This document shows, piece after piece, positions 26,621 to 31,815 of a DNA stretch of 31,815 bases. Each line of letters begins with the position of its first letter. Position 1 is the stretch's first letter. The notes beneath the pieces were generated by a model that saw only the letters and a program-made list of their open reading frames with translations, did not search any database and was not told the origin of the DNA. The DNA is taken from IMG/VR virus record IMGVR_UViG_3300047301_000066, positions 1 to 31,815 of that record. The stretch is one strand, 5' to 3'. Both the position numbers and the translations under genes were made by a program. This stretch comes from a virus (Duplodnaviria; Caudoviricetes).

Positions 26621-28096
26621 ATGGCTGGTATCACCGGTGGATCAGGAACATCAAACAAAGCAAACGTAGACACGGGGTTTAATCTCCAGGTCGCGCTACC
26701 CAATACGGACGCCCTAACGGGTAGTATACGTCTCAAGACAGAAAATGACGCTGGTGACATCACTGGTTTCCCTACGCTGGGACAGCCTGAGACTTCACCA
26801 GACTTCCGCCTGCGCACGGGCATAGATACTGTGCTATTTTCGGATAGTTTTAACGGTACTGCCCAGAACACCGAGAAATGGAACTATACTTTTGCTACGT
26901 TGACAGCTGTCGAGCCGGGTGCAGGCACAGTTAATTTCTCTGCAGTACAGGGGACAACTTCAGCTCACGGCGCTTTCATGCGTACGTCACAATATTTTCC
27001 TGTGGTATCTACGTCTCCTCTGGCCATTGACTTTACTGGTGCTCCGTACACTGCGGCACTAGCAGCTAATGAGAACTGGCTGGCTGGACTAGGCGTTCCA
27101 GCTGCTGTAAACGCCGCTCCCACAGATGGTTGCTGGTGGAAATTCACCACCGCTGGTTTGGAAGGCATCCTCAAATACAATGGTACTGAGACTTCCACTG
27201 GCATAATTTACCCTTTTGCCTCAGTAACACTCGGCGTCCAAGGCAAGTGGCTGATGGTTGTTGGCGAGCGAACTGTGCAATGGTGGGCTGATGACACACT
27301 GCTTCAAACGCAAGACATCCCTGCAGGACAGGCGACTCCCTTTATGTCTACGTCTCTACCGGTATTTATGCACAAATTTAACACCGGTAACGTGGCAAAC
27401 ACTAATACGATGCGCGTGTCCCGTATAGGTGTTACGCTATACGACGTTGCTATAGGCAAACCAGCCGCACAAATAGCTGCTACCCAGTGCGCGAATTCTG
27501 TGTCTATACAGAATGGCACGACTGTTTCAGGCAACACTGGCATAAACGTACTTAACGCTGCTTATCCCACCACGGCCGCTATCGCAAATGCCACAGCAGG
27601 TGCTACGTTCCTGGGACTAGGTGGGCTGTTTGTAGCTACGGCTCAAGCCGGTACGGCAGCGCTAGCTGGTGATATGATAGCGTGCTCTTATCTTAATCCT
27701 ATTCCAACAGCGAATATATCAGGAAGAAATCTAATTATAACTGGTGTGTATTTGTCCTGCATGAATACCGGAGCTATTGTGGCAGGCACACTTACGAGTC
27801 TAGTGTGGTCTGTAGCCTACGGACACTCAGCTCTCTCACTAGCCACTGTCGAGTCGGCATCATTTGCTACGGGTACAACTCGTGCTCCTCGTAGAAAGAT
27901 GTTGGGAATGATGGAGGCTCCTATAGGTGCGGCAATAGGTGCCCTGTACTCACGTCAAATTGAGCGAGAGTTCTCCACACCACTAGTCGTACACCCCGGC
28001 GAGTATATCCAAGCAGTTGTGCGATTCCGCATAGGTACCGCTACAGCACTACAAGAAATAACCTATGTCGTCGACTTTACCGGTTACTGGGATTGA
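26621..28096 (+). CDS. putative virion structural / fibre protein
   Basis: 491 aa, T/A/G-rich, lectin-like beta content; GAGG RBS. Confidence 0.6.
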   Translation: MAGITGGSGTSNKANVDTGFNLQVALPNTDALTGSIRLKTENDAGDITGFPTLGQPETSPDFRLRTGIDTVLFSDSFNGTAQNTEKWNYTFATLTAVEPGAGTVNFSAVQGTTSAHGAFMRTSQYFPVVSTSPLAIDFTGAPYTAALAANENWLAGLGVPAAVNAAPTDGCWWKFTTAGLEGILKYNGTETSTGIIYPFASVTLGVQGKWLMVVGERTVQWWADDTLLQTQDIPAGQATPFMSTSLPVFMHKFNTGNVANTNTMRVSRIGVTLYDVAIGKPAAQIAATQCANSVSIQNGTTVSGNTGINVLNAAYPTTAAIANATAGATFLGLGGLFVATAQAGTAALAGDMIACSYLNPIPTANISGRNLIITGVYLSCMNTGAIVAGTLTSLVWSVAYGHSALSLATVESASFATGTTRAPRRKMLGMMEAPIGAAIGALYSRQIEREFSTPLVVHPGEYIQAVVRFRIGTATALQEITYVVDFTGYWD

Positions 28097-28106
28097 CCTG
28101 CCCTAC

Positions 28107-28130
28107 CGGGTTCCCTAAACGATAAAGTAT
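28107..28130 (+). promoter_or_regulatory. putative phage promoter motif (CGGGTT-N10-TAAA)
   Basis: CGGGTT ccctaaacga TAAA gt ATCAG, then AGGAG RBS for 28158. Confidence 0.6.
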
Positions 28131-28157
28131 CAGGCATAATGCCCACAGGAGTTTCTA

Positions 28158-28535
28158 ATGGCTACGACAGATCCAAATCAATTACTTAAATCCGGCTTTG
28201 GCTGCGTAACGGCCAATCCGACGGTGTTTTCTTCGTCCACGCTCACCACGACCGCAGTCCGTGTTACTCCAGTAGATTCTGGAGTAGGTACGCTGACAAA
28301 AGTGAAGATTTCTAACCTCACTGCAGCAACGAATCGCTTGGCTTATGGCCTGGTGCCCAGAGGAGCTACCTTGACTGTGCTGACCGCTACACCAGGTACA
28401 GGTATTTGCGGAGTATGTCTGAACGTTGGACAGTCAGAGTTCATAACCATCGACTCAAACGTATGGGATATCGTGTTGGTTGGGTCAGCAGCTGCGACTA
28501 TTGTGGTTGTAGCTTCGTACCCCGTAGGCGTCTGA
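28158..28535 (+). CDS. small beta-rich virion protein (possible decoration protein)
   Basis: T/V/A-rich 125 aa, AGGAG RBS, with its own promoter motif. Confidence 0.55.
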   Translation: MATTDPNQLLKSGFGCVTANPTVFSSSTLTTTAVRVTPVDSGVGTLTKVKISNLTAATNRLAYGLVPRGATLTVLTATPGTGICGVCLNVGQSEFITIDSNVWDIVLVGSAAATIVVVASYPVGV

Positions 28536-28556
28536 CCACCAGAGGTAAAGACCTAT

Positions 28557-29297
28557 ATGACAAAAACATCTGGGATTTATCTCATCACCAACACCGTAAC
28601 TAAGAAAGTCTACGTAGGTAGCTCCGTGGACATTAAGGCAAGGTGGAAGGAGCACTTGTCATCACTGCGCAAAGGAAGACACCATTCCGTCAAACTACAG
28701 AGGTCTTGGGATAAGCATGGAGAAGACATTTTTAAGTTTGAGGTGATAGAACCTGTAGAAAATGTCCTCCACCTTGTGGCAATTGAACAAACGTTCATTG
28801 ACTACCACAAGGCAGCCACTATAGCAGGGTACAACGTCAGTCCTACGGCCGGTAGTCCACTTGGAGTTAGGCATTCCGAAGAGACCAAAGAAAAACAGCG
28901 CATCGCCAGCACAGGCAGAAAACATTCTGAGGAAACAAAAGCGATGATGTCTGCTATTCACATGGGAAAACCTGGCACAACAAATGGCAGAAGTCACTCT
29001 GACGAGACTCGGGCAAAGATCTCTGCCGCAACGAAAGGCGTTAAAAAAAGCGTAGTCCCGGTCAAGACGGAAGCTCATAAAAAGGCTATTGGTGATGCGC
29101 ATCGAGGCAAAAGAAAAACTCCAGAGCATATCGCAGCTTTGATAGCGTCTCGCAATCCGAAGAATTACTACTTTAACAAGCAGCACCAAAAATGGATTGC
29201 ATACAAGTATGTCGATAAAAAACAAATCAGGTTGGGTTCTTTTTTGACCGAAGAAGAAGCTATCGCTGCCGTTAAAGCGTACAGGAACTCGTTATGA
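28557..29297 (+). CDS. GIY-YIG homing endonuclease with NUMOD3 repeats and AP2-like domain
   Basis: SGIYLITN...VYVGSS..RWKEH; HSEETK x2, HSDETRAKIS; C-terminal KWIAY...LGSFLTEEEA. Confidence 0.9.
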   Translation: MTKTSGIYLITNTVTKKVYVGSSVDIKARWKEHLSSLRKGRHHSVKLQRSWDKHGEDIFKFEVIEPVENVLHLVAIEQTFIDYHKAATIAGYNVSPTAGSPLGVRHSEETKEKQRIASTGRKHSEETKAMMSAIHMGKPGTTNGRSHSDETRAKISAATKGVKKSVVPVKTEAHKKAIGDAHRGKRKTPEHIAALIASRNPKNYYFNKQHQKWIAYKYVDKKQIRLGSFLTEEEAIAAVKAYRNSL

Positions 29298-31453
29298 TGA
29301 GCCGTGGATGGATCTACACGTCGAATAACAATCTTATAGATTCCGCATCGTTCGGTCCTTCGTACGACAACTGGTATTTTGCGTTGGATATGACCTCACA
29401 AAACGGTGGGCCGAGTCTTCTCGAAAGTGAAATAACCATCAATGGCATAACAGAGTCTCCCATTATCGCGCTTTTTGCTTCCGACGCCACAACGTCTTCG
29501 TGGGCAAATCGCGGCAGCCTGGGCGGAACTCTAACTGCCGTCAATATCAGGCCCGAAGACCTCGGTCACGATACACCCTTCACCGACGGCTCTACGGCTG
29601 TACGGTTTCACTCTGTAGCTGGTGGCACTCGTCGTTACTACCAAGCACCTGATGCTACGTGGGGTGATATAGACACAGAAGATTTTTATTTCGAAGCTAT
29701 ATTTAGCCGTGATATGCCGGTAGCTACTACCAGTACGGCCGATGCTATTGTTTTTACCAAAAGAAATGAGTCTAGCAGTAGCACTGTTGGTTTTACTATG
29801 CACGGCGTATCAGCAACTACGTTTACGTTTACGGCAAGACCTGCAGCAGATGCCAAGAGAACCGCTGCTGTTACTACCACTGCTCGTAGTTGGCAACACA
29901 TAAGTGGATATTTTGATAATTCTGACTCCACTGCCGACGGCATGCGAACCTTTATGGGATCGCAGACAACCAACACGGTTGCACACACCCCTGGCTCTTT
30001 AACAAACGCGCTTATCGCTACAATTGGAGATGCTCCCAACTGGGGCGTTCCAAACGCTCTTGAAGTGAATTTTAAGTTAGTTTATCTTGCTATCTACAAA
30101 CGTGCTTCGTGGCTTCCAGGTGGAGCCACAAACAACACCGAGGTCTCAGCCCTAATCCGCCAACGACAAATGGTACTGGCTGGAATGGTTCCTCAGAAGG
30201 GCACCGCGACTCCTCTGGTGTCAACATGGACATACCACCAATCTCAACGAGTGGTAGACGGGTACGTACACAACTACTCGTGTGGCACTGGATTTGCTGC
30301 ACCAAATGAATCTATTCTGGCGTCTACAGGCCTACCAGTAAAAAACCAAGAATTTAACTCTGCGACAGCAGGGCTGGCCACTACAGAAACCTTTACCGAC
30401 TTTACCCACACAAATACTACTGCCGCAGCATCACTGATTGATCCTCCACAAAACCCCACACAAGGGGTAGCAGGACAAGGTATTTCACAGACCGGAGCAG
30501 CCGGTACTGCAGTTAAAAATTCAAAGATTGCTGCGTCGTCTAATAGCAGTTTGCGCAGACTGCTGTGGCAAATATACTTTAAAGCCAACACCGCTCCATT
30601 CTTTTATATGATGACGCCTGACACGGTCGATGGTACCAACAGACATGTTTGGGTTGATACGGCAACAGGTGCTACGACGCTGGGGTCTGGTGCATTTGGT
30701 GTTAAGGTGCAGAAGTGTCAAGGCGGTTGGTATCGTGCCCATCTCAGTTTTACATCTGTGGCTACGATTACGGTAGGTGATATCTTTTTTACTGTGGGTT
30801 TCTCTGATAATAACACTACGTTTAATTTGACCTCCGATGGCACGACCATTGATGGTTGGCTCTGGGGGCATTATCGCGGTACAATTGCGTCAGGTGCCGC
30901 CACCTACCCTGCACAATTCTTTCCTTATTCTGCCAACACAGCCAACAATATTGGCGCGGTTATTCAGTTCAACGGAGCCGATGTAACTGGTGCCCCATAC
31001 ACTTTGTGGTCTGAAATCTTTAGCCGAGACCAAGTGCCAAACGCATCTAGCACAAACCAAGGCACTATCATATATGGTACCGATTCCCTTAACTTCACAC
31101 AAGGACCGCTTGTTGTCAACTCAGGAACATTCCAGCGCATTGACTCCGGTGGTACAGCGGCGGGTGCTGCTCAGTGGGCAATCACCGGTACGCCTACTAC
31201 CACAAGTGGCGTCAATAACGTAGCTGATGGTGGGCTGGTGCGTGGCGCAGTGAGTTGTGCAACAAATGACATAAAATTGTACGCTAATGACGGCACTCTG
31301 CTGGGTTCAGACGCTGCCGCTACGGTACCAACTGGATGCACAAAGATTTGGGTTGGTTCGCTACAGAATGACACAATTGTCGGTCGCGGGTATCAAATTT
31401 CAAGATGCGGGTGCTACGCAGGTGTAAAGACAGATTCCAGTGGGCCTACATGA
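29294..31453 (+). CDS. large fibre or spike protein with LamG/ConA-like domains
   Basis: DFYFEAIF, SWQHISGYFD, ATIG (LamG-like); GGWYRAHLSFT; T/A/S/G-rich 719 aa. Confidence 0.65.
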   Translation: MMSRGWIYTSNNNLIDSASFGPSYDNWYFALDMTSQNGGPSLLESEITINGITESPIIALFASDATTSSWANRGSLGGTLTAVNIRPEDLGHDTPFTDGSTAVRFHSVAGGTRRYYQAPDATWGDIDTEDFYFEAIFSRDMPVATTSTADAIVFTKRNESSSSTVGFTMHGVSATTFTFTARPAADAKRTAAVTTTARSWQHISGYFDNSDSTADGMRTFMGSQTTNTVAHTPGSLTNALIATIGDAPNWGVPNALEVNFKLVYLAIYKRASWLPGGATNNTEVSALIRQRQMVLAGMVPQKGTATPLVSTWTYHQSQRVVDGYVHNYSCGTGFAAPNESILASTGLPVKNQEFNSATAGLATTETFTDFTHTNTTAAASLIDPPQNPTQGVAGQGISQTGAAGTAVKNSKIAASSNSSLRRLLWQIYFKANTAPFFYMMTPDTVDGTNRHVWVDTATGATTLGSGAFGVKVQKCQGGWYRAHLSFTSVATITVGDIFFTVGFSDNNTTFNLTSDGTTIDGWLWGHYRGTIASGAATYPAQFFPYSANTANNIGAVIQFNGADVTGAPYTLWSEIFSRDQVPNASSTNQGTIIYGTDSLNFTQGPLVVNSGTFQRIDSGGTAAGAAQWAITGTPTTTSGVNNVADGGLVRGAVSCATNDIKLYANDGTLLGSDAAATVPTGCTKIWVGSLQNDTIVGRGYQISRCGCYAGVKTDSSGPT

Positions 31454-31815
31454 AAATAATTGACGCAATTAAAGCCAGACTCGGCATTAAAAAAGACGAC
31501 ATCAATATAGTCGTCGATGACATACATGCCCGCTTCCTACAGGACATTGCACACTCAGAAGGCAGCGCGGTACAATTTGAATTATCGTCGCAAACCTTTA
31601 GCGACGTAGACGTATCGGACATGTTAAATGATGGCTTGATTTATATGTTCCACCGCGCAGCAAATCCAGACGGGTCAGTGGACGAAGATCCTACGGCGAA
31701 TTGGGTTGTGTATTCGGACAAAGATAGACTGGCTCGGTCGTTCGACCCCGCCGTCCTGCAAACCTTGGAGAAGTCGGGTTTGTGTCGGGCAAGTAAGCAT
31801 CGTAGTTGGGACTAA
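31450..31815 (+). CDS. hypothetical protein
   Basis: ATGA coupling gives start 31450 (MKIIDAIK). Confidence 0.6.
   Translation: MKIIDAIKARLGIKKDDINIVVDDIHARFLQDIAHSEGSAVQFELSSQTFSDVDVSDMLNDGLIYMFHRAANPDGSVDEDPTANWVVYSDKDRLARSFDPAVLQTLEKSGLCRASKHRSWD

Noticed and set aside
344-29297. Group I introns or inteins housing the endonucleases
   Set aside because: Flanking genes look intact, there is no room for intron cores, and no intein motifs were seen in terL, portal or VapE.
1-31815. CRISPR array, tRNA, DGR/reverse transcriptase, integrase, alternative genetic code
   Set aside because: No spaced repeats, cloverleaf or relevant motifs were seen; standard-code ORFs tile the window with all three stop codons in use.

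Overview
This window is a ~32 kb piece of a tailed dsDNA phage with podovirus-like morphogenesis genes; it shows no integrase, polymerase, tRNA or CRISPR array. On the left, a minus-strand arm carries a VapE-like ATPase and a GIY-YIG endonuclease. It is followed by a 690-bp non-coding region packed with hairpins and repeats. The mostly plus-strand part encodes, in order: RuvC-like resolvase, GroES-like co-chaperonin, terminase, HTH regulator, probable ejection proteins, M15 endolysin, scaffold, major capsid, adaptor, portal and fibre-like proteins. Two two-gene blocks sit on the opposite strand (6882-9863 and 18268-19483), and there are four free-standing homing endonucleases. The most striking unannotated signal is a bipartite motif, (C)GGG[TT/TG/CT]-N10/11-YAAR-N1-3-AT, found at eight intergenic gene-cluster starts on both strands. 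Five of these sit almost directly on an ATG, which suggests a compact phage-specific promoter driving leaderless mRNAs. All product calls come from motif recognition by eye, not from database searches.
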